A stretch of DNA of 63,927 nucleotides, filler included, from Sphacelaria rigidula (Eukaryota), in NCBI GenBank assembly GCA_964200075.2. It is 10 parts of 10 records of this genome, joined end to end, with 100 filler letters (N's around TTAATTAATTAA, not from the genome) between each part and the next. Parts side by side here need not be neighbours in the genome. Positions count along the whole stretch, not along the records: positions 32,016 to 38,318 come from CAXNAA020020911.1; positions 38,419 to 44,721 come from CAXNAA020020912.1; positions 44,822 to 51,123 come from CAXNAA020020913.1; 7 more parts are not named here. One strand, given 5' to 3'. The notes beneath the pieces were generated by a model. That model did not search any database, was not told where the DNA came from, and was given only the letters and a program-made list of their open reading frames with translations. Positions 34,380 through 46,350 of this stretch are shown piece after piece (the stretch's first letter is position 1; every line of letters begins with the position of its first letter). The position numbers and the translations under genes are program-made.

Positions 34380-36317
34380 TCATTTTTCGCTGTTGCTGTC
34401 GGAGGACGTCCCTTCTTCTTCGTCTTCCCGTCCACCACCGCTACCCTCGTTGATCAGGCCCATGTCGATCGCCGCTAGGTGTTGGGATTCCGTAAGAGCT
34501 GCGAGGCGCTTTCGGGGGACAGCGGCTCTACGGCGGGCCTGGACGTTCCTGTAGCGAGCAGGCGAGTTAATGCCGTGCGTGTACGAACAGGGAGTGCCGT
34601 CACGGCGGCGGCAGGTACCTGTGAAAGCGTAGCCGAGACAGATCTTGTTCCTGCGGAGGTAATCGATGACCTCGTCTCGGTCGCCAATCGGGCAGAGGGC
34701 AGCTTGCTCGTCACGGGTGCGCACAGCCGAGGATGAACTTGGAGGCGGGAGTGGTGCAGCAGGCGACGAAAACACTTCTTTTGCGGCCGCTGCCCAACCT
34801 TGATTCTGAACTTCTCTGGCCGACCGTTGCTTCTGCTCCACGAAAGGTACATCGTGCTGTCCCGGGATGGCCCCTGGTGTGTTGTTGAATGCTGCCGCCA
34901 GGGCCGGTGTCTGCTGCTGAGCGCGCTTGTTCGACTGCGGTTGCGGTTGCGCGTACTCTATCTGTGGTAAGGTTCTGGGAGCGGACGCAGGGTCTTCGGC
35001 AAGACGGGGCATCAATCCTTCATTTCCACCGCGGACCGCAGCGAATTGCGCGGGGGACATTTGTTGAATATCCTCTAGCGAGAAAAGGCGATCTGGCCCT
35101 ACCGTGCGACTTATTTTTTTCTGGACGGGCTTCCTGTAATGTGACGAGGGGCGCGCAGTGAGAACTTTGATAAACTCTTCGTACAACCCTTTTGCCACTT
35201 CACCACGGAGGCGCATAGGTCCCCCCAGGGGGTTTTGCAGCTCCTCTGCCTTGTCGGCGGGCTTGGTGTCTGCTACACTCATTTTCTCGTGAAGCAGTGA
35301 TTGCATGCCCTCCCTACGCGCTTCATCGGGCAAGACGACTCGGACGATGCATTCATATAGTTCGTTCAGTTGCTCCTTCGTGATGAAAGTCCAGAAAAAG
35401 TCAGTCTCGGTGGCATGCGGACGGCTTGCGCTAGCTAGGGTGGCTTTACAAGCCAACAGAACTCGCTCAGCCACATGCTCCCAAGATTCACCGTTTTTCA
35501 GGGTGATCTCCTTCAACGCTTCTCGTGAATTTTCGGCGGAGATACTGTTAAGAGCTTGTTCACGCACCAACAGACGCAATCAATCGGTAGCCGTTACCTG
35601 ATCATGGCGGACAATTTCCGTTCCTCGTGAGATTCGGTACACCGGAACGTCGGTGCCCGATAGCAGAGCTGTGGCAGTAGTGCTACCCTTTGCAAGAAAG
35701 TCTGAGAGTAAGTCACGGCGGCGGGGCGAGTACTTGTCGACTTTAGTGCCCCACCTTCCTCCACCCAGCGGTACGTCTTCGGGGGGCTTCAGCGCGGCAC
35801 GTTCCACGTGACGCAATGTGTTCCAATTCTTTTCTTGAAGAAGTACTGCACTGTTCGCTATGGTTAGCTTACCTGCGAAAGTGCCCGTGTACACTGGCAT
35901 CCTTGAGGTGTTTGCAATGCGACCCAGCACTCGTTTGTTCACCTTAGCCAGTTGATTGGCTTCGGCCCCTTCCACCCCTTCCTCCTTGTTGACGCTTCCC
36001 TCCGTCTCGTGTCTGTCCCTGGATTACCGATTGTCACGGTTCGTTCTGGGACGGCTCGTGGAGCGGTAAGTCGCGCGGGACAAGTTGCGGCGAGGAAAGG
36101 TAGAACGAGAGCGCGAGGGGCGGAGGGAGCTACGGCGGGGACTACGGGAGTCTCGTGAATCGGAACGGCTACGACCACGGCGATGAAAGCGAGAGCAGGA
36201 GCGAGAGTCCCGGGAATCGGAACGACTGCGGCGTGCCGAGGAGAACCTGGAGTCTGCGCGACGTCTATCGTTCTTCCTTCCCCGTCCCTCACCGCGTTCA
36301 GCGCCCCTGCCAGACAT
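34380..36317 (-). pseudogene. Gypsy family 2 gag-like ORF with N-terminal RS domain and CCCH finger
   Basis: ORFs 36317-36024, 35975-35580 and 35579-34380 share one frame (two internal stops). They lie directly upstream of, and in frame with, pol. Confidence 0.75.
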
Positions 36318-37199
36318 TTTTTTTTCACGTGTAATATGCTTTACTTATCAACTGGTACAGCATGAAACAGTACAGCATGAAGCATCGGCGGCGCGCGTGT
36401 GCTTCGTCAATTCCCATGGTCACAATGAGATGTGATCGAAGAAAACAGAGATGCACAGCGACACAGTTTTTGTTTGCCCCATATCAGTATGAGGAAAGGA
36501 AACGAAGACCGATAACAACGGCCGAGAGAGGGAAAAGGACACCGACAGGACAGAAGGGGGAAGAACGGAGGCATCGCGTGGATTAGTACATGTTTTCAAT
36601 GACAGTCAGCGTGGTCAGCGTTCAAGGACTGATGATGTTTTGCAAGGACTCACTATCTTGTTATGATGCTTTTCCATTTTGAAAATGATCAGTCGAGGAG
36701 GATCGGTCCTCAAAAGGTTGGTCATCAAAGGATTGTCGTCAATCGAAGCAACCGCGGTAATGAACAATACGGGCAGCAGCGGGTTCAAAACGAATTTCTA
36801 AATTCCCGGCCAACCCGTACACACAAATAGTAACATGTGAGATCTCGACCAAAAGGTATGATGGTGACGCGATGCAGGGAAAGCCACTTGAGTGTGTGGG
36901 TAGGCCACAACGGCTAACAACGTCTCATCACCACGAAGAGGTGGATTTCAGGGGAACAGATGCGTGGGGACCTCGGTTGTAACAATTGAGGCACATATGG
37001 TAATGACAGTCGTTTATCGGTAAAAGCTCATGCGGTCAAAGTGGGGCACAGTACAAGCAGCAGAGTAGGAAACTACACGTGACTTTACATGCAGGTGTAA
37101 GAGGCATTACGCGTACATGAGGGCTAAACAGGCAGTGCGATAGCCAGCACGGTCCAACTACCCATGGGCGGTAAAGGCAAAAATCGCAACGCCTCAGGC

Positions 37200-37590
37200 G
37201 GGACAGTAACCGCAGAGCAGCAAACCAAAATCAGGACAGTAGACGCAGAGCAGCAGAACAAAATTGCATTGTTCTTTGAGCGGAACAGTAACCACACAGC
37301 AGGGTAACTGACAGCACAGCGGAAACAGCCGCAGCAACTGCAACATGAAAGTTTATTGTAGTAACATAAGCGACAGCAACACAGCAAAGCAGCAGCGACC
37401 GCAGCGGCCGTAACAACAGCAGACGATAACAGGCAGAAGCAACGCAACCACCACCACCAACAGCAACAACAGCCTATAACAAGAGCGACAGACGGTAACA
37501 GCAGCACAATAACAGAGACAAAGAACAACAACGAGAACCGTAGCAAACAAACAATGAATAGCCACAACAACGGATCACAACAACGCGGCT
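37200..37590. repeat. Degenerate (CAG/CAA)-rich low-complexity tract
   Basis: Strongly strand-biased ACAGC/AACAAC/GCAGCA repeats. Confidence 0.7.
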
Positions 37591-38058
37591 GCACAGCTTC
37601 CGGAGCTGTCTGAAACTTGATGTCCCAAAACACCCCGACGTAGTTGTAGGCCCTATGGTTCTTTGACTCGTGAAATCTCGTTCGATCTTTATGCCTTTTA
37701 TCAATTGTTTTGGCTAGGTTATTTCACTTTTGCTTTGGACGTCTGCAGTGGCGTGCTGATGAACCATCCTGGATGAACTCGTGCATAAAGCCGTTGGTGG
37801 CGCTCTGCTTGGGCTGTATGTAACACAGTGCAATGCGGCGGGAAACAACGCAATACCACGAACAGACAGGACGACAAAGCCTACCTAGTCCATGCTTACT
37901 CTCTTTACTGTTCCGCGTAATTGTGATTGAGGCAATCCGAAAAGAGAGTACAAGCATATCCTGGTGCAGTTGTTTTTGCTATTGAAAACAATGAGGGCAC
38001 GCAACTGTGAAGCAGCGCGGTTGTGTTGTTTCGTACTCGTGGAAAGAAGGGCGTATGT

Positions 38059-38305
38059 TGCTACGGTAGGGGTGCACAAATATTTTCTGAGGTTAGAATC
38101 GTTAGGAGCCCTTTATCTCATCCGAAACGCGACCTATGAAAATATGTGGAAGTACGCCAGGATTACTACTCCGATGTATGTTGGAGATATCCCGAATGAA
38201 ATTGCAAACGGGGATGTCCTGACCCATATTCTTGTGCATCTTGAATCGTTAGGAGCCCCTGAACTAGACATAATTTCGCGAAAAAAGTGCACCCCTACCG
38301 TAGCA
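38059..38305. mobile_element. ~250-bp MITE family E
   Basis: Perfect 19-bp inverted repeat TGCTACGGTAGGGGTGCAC; body shared with 58820-59077 and 51224-51320. Confidence 0.85.
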
Positions 38306-38582
38306 TTGCTCAAGCACGNNNNNNNNNNNNNNNNNNNNNNNNNNNNNNNNNNNNNNNNNNNNTTAATTAATTAANNNNNNNNNNNNNNNNNNNNNNNNNN
38401 NNNNNNNNNNNNNNNNNNGGCCATTTTTCGTACCTTTCTTAGGCAAAAAACGAGAAGGTATACCTTTTCTAGGCCATTGCCCTAAAATATACTCCGGAGT
38501 ATGTACCAGTGGTTGAGAGGATGATAAAGTAGACGCAAAGGATTGCCCCTGTGGCAAAGCAATAGAGAACATAACTCATATA

Positions 38583-38895
38583 TTCATTCATTGATTTGTC
38601 GCACTTCGAACCCCCCTCATTCCTCGAGATGAGTCCGTGGTCTAAGGGATCAATCAACCCGTCTCTCCCCGGTACACACCTTGCATTTTGTTCTCGTGGA
38701 TTGGGTCAGCACTCCCGCACCGCGTCAACCCACGTCAAACAAACTCAGTCTACTACTTTTCCTACTCCCGTTCTCACCCTTTCCACGGTGGAAATCAGAA
38801 ACTACGAAGAAAAAAGCCAACGCATCGGGAAAATAACCATCGTTCTCTTCACCCTGATAGCGGCATTCGGACCATTACACCACCGGGGGGCGGCA
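38583..38895 (-). mobile_element. SINE family B, full length
   Basis: Reverse-complement homologue of 13633-13940 with a TGAA-type tail. Confidence 0.85.
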
Positions 38896-39439
38896 TCCAT
38901 TGATTGATTGATTTGATTGATTGTCGCACTTTAACCAATCACCCATGGGTCCAGCCGTGGTCGCATGATAGACGTACTCCAAGAAAAGCAAAACTGAAAC
39001 ATTTGTTCAAGAAAACGAAGAAGAAAAAAGTCGGACAGAACGACATCGTAGACTACGCCGTGAAAAAAAACAAAAAGGGTGCCATAAAATGGCAGAACAT
39101 GAACGATACAAGGAGGAACGGCTCGTGCTAGAGCGGGAACTGTGGGGAAAGAAGGTGTCATCAAATCCCTTGATGCATCAGACAGCAGTAGCGAGAAAAC
39201 GATCACTATACTAGAAGGTGGTGATCTAAGACGGCGACTTAGGAAGGGGATAGGACATGTGAAATGTGTTTTTGAGGGTGTGGAAGAAACGTAACGAGTA
39301 CCCAAATGTTGGACATGTCTCTGTTAGGAGTGAGTAGCACCGGCTCGAAAGGGATGCGTCGTCAATGGTTAAGCGACGAAGGCAAGCAACCAACGAGTAT
39401 CCCCCCCCCTCCCCCCCGCCTCGCCGCACCCATCATCAC

Positions 39440-39650
39440 ACTTCCAACCCCTCCCCTTCCTCGGGACGAGTCCGTGACCTCAAAGGATCAACTCGTCTCT
39501 CCCCTGGTGCACGCGTTTAATCATGGTATCGCGGATTGGATCATGATAATCAGCACTTCCGCACGGCGTCGACTGTTATCGACAAACTCAGTCAAGCAGA
39601 CTCCGCTACTCCCGTCCTCACGCTTTGAACGACGAAAATGAGATAATTCC
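39440..39650 (-). mobile_element. Diverged SINE family B 3' portion
   Basis: TCCTCGGGACGAGTCCGTGACCTCAAAGGATCAAC..TCTCCCCTGGTGCACGC..ACAAACTCAGTC. Confidence 0.6.
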
Positions 39651-41190
39651 CATTAGAAGAAAAAAAATGAACAAAAATCAACTGCTTACAGATGCGTGTA
39701 CAGGACCATGGGTATTGGAGCAATAACTGATAACTCTAGCGTCTCACGGGATGTGCGATACCCCTCGTAGATGAGAGCTGGACAGTTTCTGCTGAACGCA
39801 GAGTTCGAGTTGAGGAGTGGACTGATAAAAGCGCGATGGGCTGCCCCACCCACCTAGCACGAAGTGTGACGATACCCGGGTAGGTCTTGGGTATGTCAGT
39901 ACCCGTGCCGGATACGAAGGAGCTAGTATTAACAGCAACCCCCAGCTTCGGTGTTGCTATCATACAATCTTTTGTGGCGAGAAATATGGGTTATGTCAAC
40001 ACGAACAGCTGTGTGTGAACCGGCCGCATGGCGTGATGTTTTCATTCTTGCTAGGGGATGTAAGTGCTGTAAGCGCGGCTCGTACGAGCGTGAGTGTGGT
40101 TGGGTGGTGTTCAGATTTTGTGTCTCAGGTTCGCGAAATTTCCCCCCCCCATCCCCGACAGCCAGCAATTAGCACGCTTCGCGCCGTGCAATCTTAGCAG
40201 GATAAAGGTCACCTATCATGCGACTCGGCGAACACACCACAGCGCTTCGCGCTTGCAAGCCTGGTCGGGCGATGCCCGGGCGAGCTCCGTTCCGGTCTTG
40301 TAGGGATACGAGTTCAATGGTCTTACGACAACGGCATGCAAGATCATGAGCACATCTAACAGCCAGCTGATGACACGTTGACATAAACACACACACACAC
40401 ACACAAAACGCCCGGGGAACCGCTGCGGTGAGCTTGTCGCACTCACCAACAAACCCTGTGGTGAATAGCACATGTGTCGGGGTATCCATCGCCCAAACAA
40501 CATTGCGCCAGGCAATACTGTACTCACGGGTGAGAAGCAGACGGTGAAAAAAAAGCACGCCGCCCTCGCTCAACCATGGCATAGTGCTGCTATACGCCTT
40601 TTGACCGCAACCTTCTCTTGCGCACAACTTTCGCCAAGCGCCCATGCCTCGATTCCCCGTGTCGTTCATCTACGCCAAAAAAAATTTCCTCCGAAACCTC
40701 GCGGGGCAGTCAGCGGACTGAGTATCAAGAACAGAATGCCAGGGCGTTCAAATGATCACAGAATCATGACTCCAACTCTCAGCGCGGTTGTCGGTGGTGT
40801 TCGGGCGCTACTGGGCGACTAGCAGAATTGGCAAATAACCACGCAAATGATCAATTATATTTCTCGATGGATAAACCATGACCGGGGCCATCAAGAGCTG
40901 TATCGGGCACAGCATACTCTATAGAGTCATCACCGAGTAAAACACTCTGAAATGAAGGGGAAGGGGTGCTATTTTCCGTCATTTGGTAACACCCGCAACA
41001 ATTTTCGAAATAGCGCTTTCAGATTTCGCTCGGATCCAAGCCGCCCAAAAACGATGGAAAGTGTGCATGGAATCACACGTCGGACAGATCATGATGTGTC
41101 TCAAACTAATGAAAAAAGACTCTCGAGTCCGTTGGTCCATGAGCACAAAATATGTGACCGCGGAGTCAGCAAAGCCAAAGCCAAAGCTTG

Positions 41191-41408
41191 CAAGGGCAGG
41201 TCGAGTAGAGTATACTCAATCGCGGGGTATTTTGAAAGTCGTACTTACACAAATTGGGGGTAGGGTTTATGGATCGCTTTCCAGTTAAATTTTGGAAACG
41301 ACTCCCAACACTCTACCCTAATTTGAGTACCCCAAGTACGTCTTCCAAAATACCCCGTAATTAAGTATACTAATAAATGGGACGACAACACTACTCACCC
41401 TACCCTTG
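41191..41408. mobile_element. hAT-like MITE, same family as 627-1241
   Basis: TIRs CAAGGGCAGGTCGAGTAG / CTACTCACCCTACCCTTG; 8-bp flanks AAAGCTTG / CAAGCTTT (6/8). Confidence 0.7.
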
Positions 41409-44400
41409 CAAGCTTTGCACTGCTCGGCGTGTTCAGCGTCCGGCGCCGCAAGAAGCAAACATGGAAAAGGGGGGCCAAATGATGCGGATCATCATCTGTC
41501 CGACATGTACATCGAATGGATTGCTCCGCGGTCCTTCGCGGGTCGTTATTTTTCCATCAACCAAGCATTGATATGATATTCTACAACTAGTATGAAAAAA
41601 AAGAAGAGAGAACGGCAGTTCGGGAAGATGCATGCACAGGAACAAAACAAAACAGAACCAATCTGTGCGTCTTGCACCCCGCTCCCCTGCCGTCAATGTA
41701 CGACACAAGACTTGGCACACAAAATCGGTGCCAAGAGCTCATACTGCATTGACCAACTGACTCATTGTCGCACATCAACTACTCTCCAAGGGATCCAGTC
41801 CTGATCACATTGTAGACGTACCCGACGTGGGGAAAATGGAAACGCTCGCTGAAGTTAAAGCACAGTGAATAATAATAAAAAAAACAAGAAATGAGATAGA
41901 AGGAAAGGAAAGGAAGGGAAAGGAACAGAGAAGAACTATGAAAAAATCAAGTAAAAATAAAAAGATAGGATGAACAACGAAGTAAACCTGGAAAATGCCC
42001 GACCCTTGCAGCACGGCTTCGGGCGAACAATTAGCGTGCGCAAAAGAGCACGTGCACACTCTCCTTGAACAGGCAAGTAGGCCGTGGGAGTAGATTGTGA
42101 ATCAGCTATTTCGAACCAGATTGTTTGGGGATGAGCTTTCACCTATGAACCCTGTGGAAGCGAGGCAACAAACTCTAACTGCACAGAACAACAACAACAC
42201 CGAAATTGCAAGGGATAGAATGATGAAAAGGACAAAACCCCCAGGGGATTGACTGCTCGGTTGTCCCGCGGGAGCCAGCCGTGGTCACAAGTTGAGTGAC
42301 GTCACGTACAAGGCGCACACGATGTCCACGTCTGTCACGGTGAAGAAAACAGAATAAAGTGACATGATGCATAAGGCACACACGGTGTCTGCCCTGGTGG
42401 GAAATATGAGTACAACGATCATCAGCGAAAGGAACCACACCGGCTGGAGTAGGCGCTGACAGTTGAAGGGCGGTGGCGGCGTGATCAGGCAAAACACTGT
42501 ACCATACTCTTTTTAGCAGTCACCCTGTTATAGTTGTACTGGTTGATGCAAAACTAAGGGGGCCCGCGTGTGAAAAGGCAACAATAGAAAAAGGCTGTGC
42601 GCCGGGAAAAAAATCCGTTCACCTCTGCAGCACAGCACAGCACAGAATACGGAACCATGAGGAGCGGACAAATCTGACGAGTCCTGTGCGACAAGATGAC
42701 GATAAAACTTGCATGGCACTATTACACGGTCAGTGCTTCCGCTTCAGGCGTATTAGTAGCACCTTCAGACCGTCCTGCGAAGATTCAAATCGTGAGTGAA
42801 GGTGAAGAACAGCAGCTATCTAGGCGACAGAAAACAAATCACGATTGTGGCAAGGTGTGTGAATTATCATGTACCAACGGCTATACACCTCGCACAAACT
42901 CATCACTATACATAATAGAGTCGAAGATACAACACAAGAGCCTCCATGTACACTAGCGCATACACCGTACCCCAGTACCTGACGAAAGTCGCGGTCCTTT
43001 TCGCTACAGTACGTTATCATCCAGGCACGGTATCCGTTGATCAACAAGTGGCTTCGCTCCCAAACAAGGCACGGCCCTGCCTGCCCTGTTTATGTTCTTT
43101 CCTCTTCTCGCTCACCCCCAGTCCCTCTCTGGCTCGCTTGCTCCCTTCCCAGGGTTCCGAATGAAATGGTGAAATTTTGGGGCAGACGGCCGACCATGCT
43201 ATCGCTTGACAATAAAACAAGTACAGGTATGTCCAGAGTTATGGCGACCGCAACATTGCGCCACGATTGCTTCTGCACTCGTCCTCGTTTGATGCAGTTG
43301 CGGATTTCGATGGGGTCAAGGGTGAGCGCGGTGGGGGGACGCCGAAAGAACCGGAGCCATCACTCAGCCGTGTGTACGAGTGCCTGGTCGCCGGGTATTT
43401 TCTGCCCGTTGATCTGAGTGCACGATCTAATTATTCTGAGCGCAGAGTTTTTAATATCTTTACTGCAGGAGGAATTTGACAAAGGAACGAAAAATCGCCA
43501 ATATTCAGGTTTTAAACATAACATAAGATTCAATATCGGTATTTTCACCGAGGGTTCCGAAAAAGCACAAAAATGTTCTCGCGTTCCATGAAAAAACACG
43601 AGAAACAAAAGCAGGTGATATCCGTTACTACTGTGATATATAGTGAAGACAGCAACAACCCAACCGTGACGAAATACGCCAACACGCAGTAAAATTTGGT
43701 AGGAATAAAACTTTTCGACTTGGTTTCAGACTAGACACTGAAATCCGGATCTTTAGCGGCGAGCGTGCTCGTAGCGTCCGCAGAACGCGTTCTCGTCTAA
43801 ATCGACGGCCTCCGGCGCCGATTTGAGGTTCCGCGACGCACACCTTGCCCGGGTTACACGTTGCAACCCCTGTACTCAAGGTTGTGGTTAGAGTTGTTCG
43901 AAATGATCAACATTCAGGAAAGTTCCATACATACCAAGAGGTGGACTAACCTCTCAAGAATTGGGCATCCTGCGGTGTGCGATCCCAAAAATGAATCAGT
44001 GCCAATATACTCAAGATGAGTTACAGATACCCACGGACAGACGTGAACAGGCTTGCGTCGGGACCTGCATCGTTTGTGTAGCATATCAAAACAGTTGTGT
44101 ATACAGCAGGACAAAATGCTCTTCACATATCCACATTGTGAAATTTCGGTGGACATCTCTGTGCAGGTGCGTCAGCTCGGGATTATACTCGTAAAGGACC
44201 ATCAGTCGTCAGACCACTGTCTTCTCTTTTCACGCCATTAGCGGGGTGGAACGCAGATGTCAGACTTCTCGCACAAGCCATGCACGACCTACCGTCTGCA
44301 GCATGATTTCACCAACCCCCTTCCCCATGAGCCACTAAGCTGGACCAATCTGGTTCGTTTCATTTACTCATACCACTAGATACATGTACGCGCTGCGCCA

Positions 44401-44975
44401 GCGTCAAACAGGATTTAAGCTCTCAAAGCAATATCTCATCCACACAGACGAGTTGGGCCGTGATCTGCATATCGTCCAATCGAGGGGAAGATGCCCATCT
44501 GCTCGACAATCTGGGCCAAAAGTAATTTCCATCACCTGTCTTTTCCTGGTTCTTGTCCTTTATCATCTCCTCTCTTCCGTTCTTTCGGTGTACAGTTCTG
44601 ACAGATCTGGCGTTTGTTGGTTGTTGGTTTGTTTTTTCTTTCTTTCTTTCCTCTCCCCGTTGAACTCGGGGGAGCTACTTCTCACCGGTTTTCGTGGCGT
44701 CGCTCTTCTCATTTTTTCTTTNNNNNNNNNNNNNNNNNNNNNNNNNNNNNNNNNNNNNNNNNNNNTTAATTAATTAANNNNNNNNNNNNNNNNNNNNNNN
44801 NNNNNNNNNNNNNNNNNNNNNTCTCGCGAAGTATAGAATAAAAAATCCTCTCCCCGGAAATGTGACAGTAGACTTCTCAACCAGGTCATGGAATAAAAAA
44901 ATTCAAGACTGACTATATATTTCTCGGAAAATATATATGGTTGGATTATTTTTCCAGAATTTTTGTTTTTTGTGA

Positions 44976-45443
44976 GGCCGCTCGTTTTAACAGACAAAAA
45001 TAAAAAAAATCTGGAGAAGTGCCTTTTTGGAGCTTGTGCGTCGTTTTACGCCCTTATAGCCAGCTAGGGGGAGTTTGACGCCTTGGAATGACTCTCTACA
45101 CTCGTTGAGATGGTTCCAGGACAATTTTCGTTCTGTGGTGGCCGCAGTTTTTATTTTGGCCGAACAAGAACTTTTGTCCAAGAATGCAAGAACAGTGAAA
45201 TCTAGAAAAACTGCCATTTTTCTCTGGACTTGACCGTTCTCGGACCAAAATTCTCGTTTCGCCAAAATAAAAACTGCGGCCAACGGAAAACAGGAAGATG
45301 TCCTGGAACCGCCTCAACGAGTAGAGCAAGTCATTCCAAGGTGCCGAGCTCCCCCTAGCTGTCTATTAGGGCGTGAAACGACGCACAAACTACAAAAAGG
45401 CAATTTTCCGAAATTTTATTCTTGTCTGTTATAAGCAGCGGCC
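44976..45443. mobile_element. PIF/Harbinger-like hairpin MITE
   Basis: GGCCGCT..AGCGGCC termini flanked by TGA/TAA; ~200-bp inverted arms including TGGCCGCAGTTTTTATTTTGGC/GCCAAAATAAAAACTGCGGCCA. Confidence 0.8.
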
Positions 45444-46350
45444 TAAGAAGTCGGGAGTTTTCCTGATGAAGTCGAAAAAATATGAAGAATAACGAGTCCC
45501 GTAAGTAACGAACCTCGAGCCCCATTACAGCGTAGAGGATACGTAGTGACGCGTGTAGCGGAAGGAACTAGGGTCCAACTCAATGTCTCGTGCAGGGAAA
45601 GGGGGTGATGAAGGCGCATTATTCATTGCTTATGCGAGAAGTTCAGGGTCCATACATACAATCGTTGTATCGTTCATCAAAGCCTTGAACGAAATTCTAG
45701 CCGGAATCGAACTGTCCTCCCACGAAATCCTCCCCCCCTCCCCCCCCCCCCCCCGTCCCCGGACCAAACTCGGTTTCTACCGTCCACTCAATCTGTCGCT
45801 GAATGTTTTCATCAGCGGTAGCAATCAATGCAATTAGACCTATCCATGACCGACCGGTGTTGGCGATGGTCGCCCCTCGGGTCGAAGGCATGCTATGCAC
45901 CTGTTCGCCGTGGTTAGTTTGCCTAGCTGGGGGTTCCGCTTGTGGCAAGTTTGTCATATTAAGTACGTTATTACGTATCAGGGACAGGAGCCGTTTGCAA
46001 ATTGTAGCACGGAGAGACCGAATTGAATCTAGTTTTCGGAAACAGCGGAGTCGCATTTCGATTCCCATGTACGCCGGCTTGGTGGTAAAACCAGAGACAC
46101 TTTCGGTTCAACTAGACTGAACGCCGCATGCAATTTACATTTCTTTGACCTCAACCCGACAAGTGCAGTAGGAGACCCCCGCGTCACAACGAAGATATGG
46201 ACAGAAGAAGCTGCTCGTACGGATCGCATAAAACAGTCATCCTACAGCCTACTCCATATTAAGTTTTCCCCTTTTGTTGATGATTTTTTGGGCTTTGTTG
46301 CTCCTTCCACACGATTTACTCCCGTCACCCCGATTTCTTACTCATTTCAG

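Noticed and set aside
40590..40640. KLCAREGCGQK resembling an EsV-1-7 Cys repeat
   Set aside because: Single partial unit lacking the downstream C..H and any tandem copies.
42747..44166. Possible small exons (43153-43226, 44110-44166)
   Set aside because: Splice sites are plausible, but the phases do not join and no product is recognisable.
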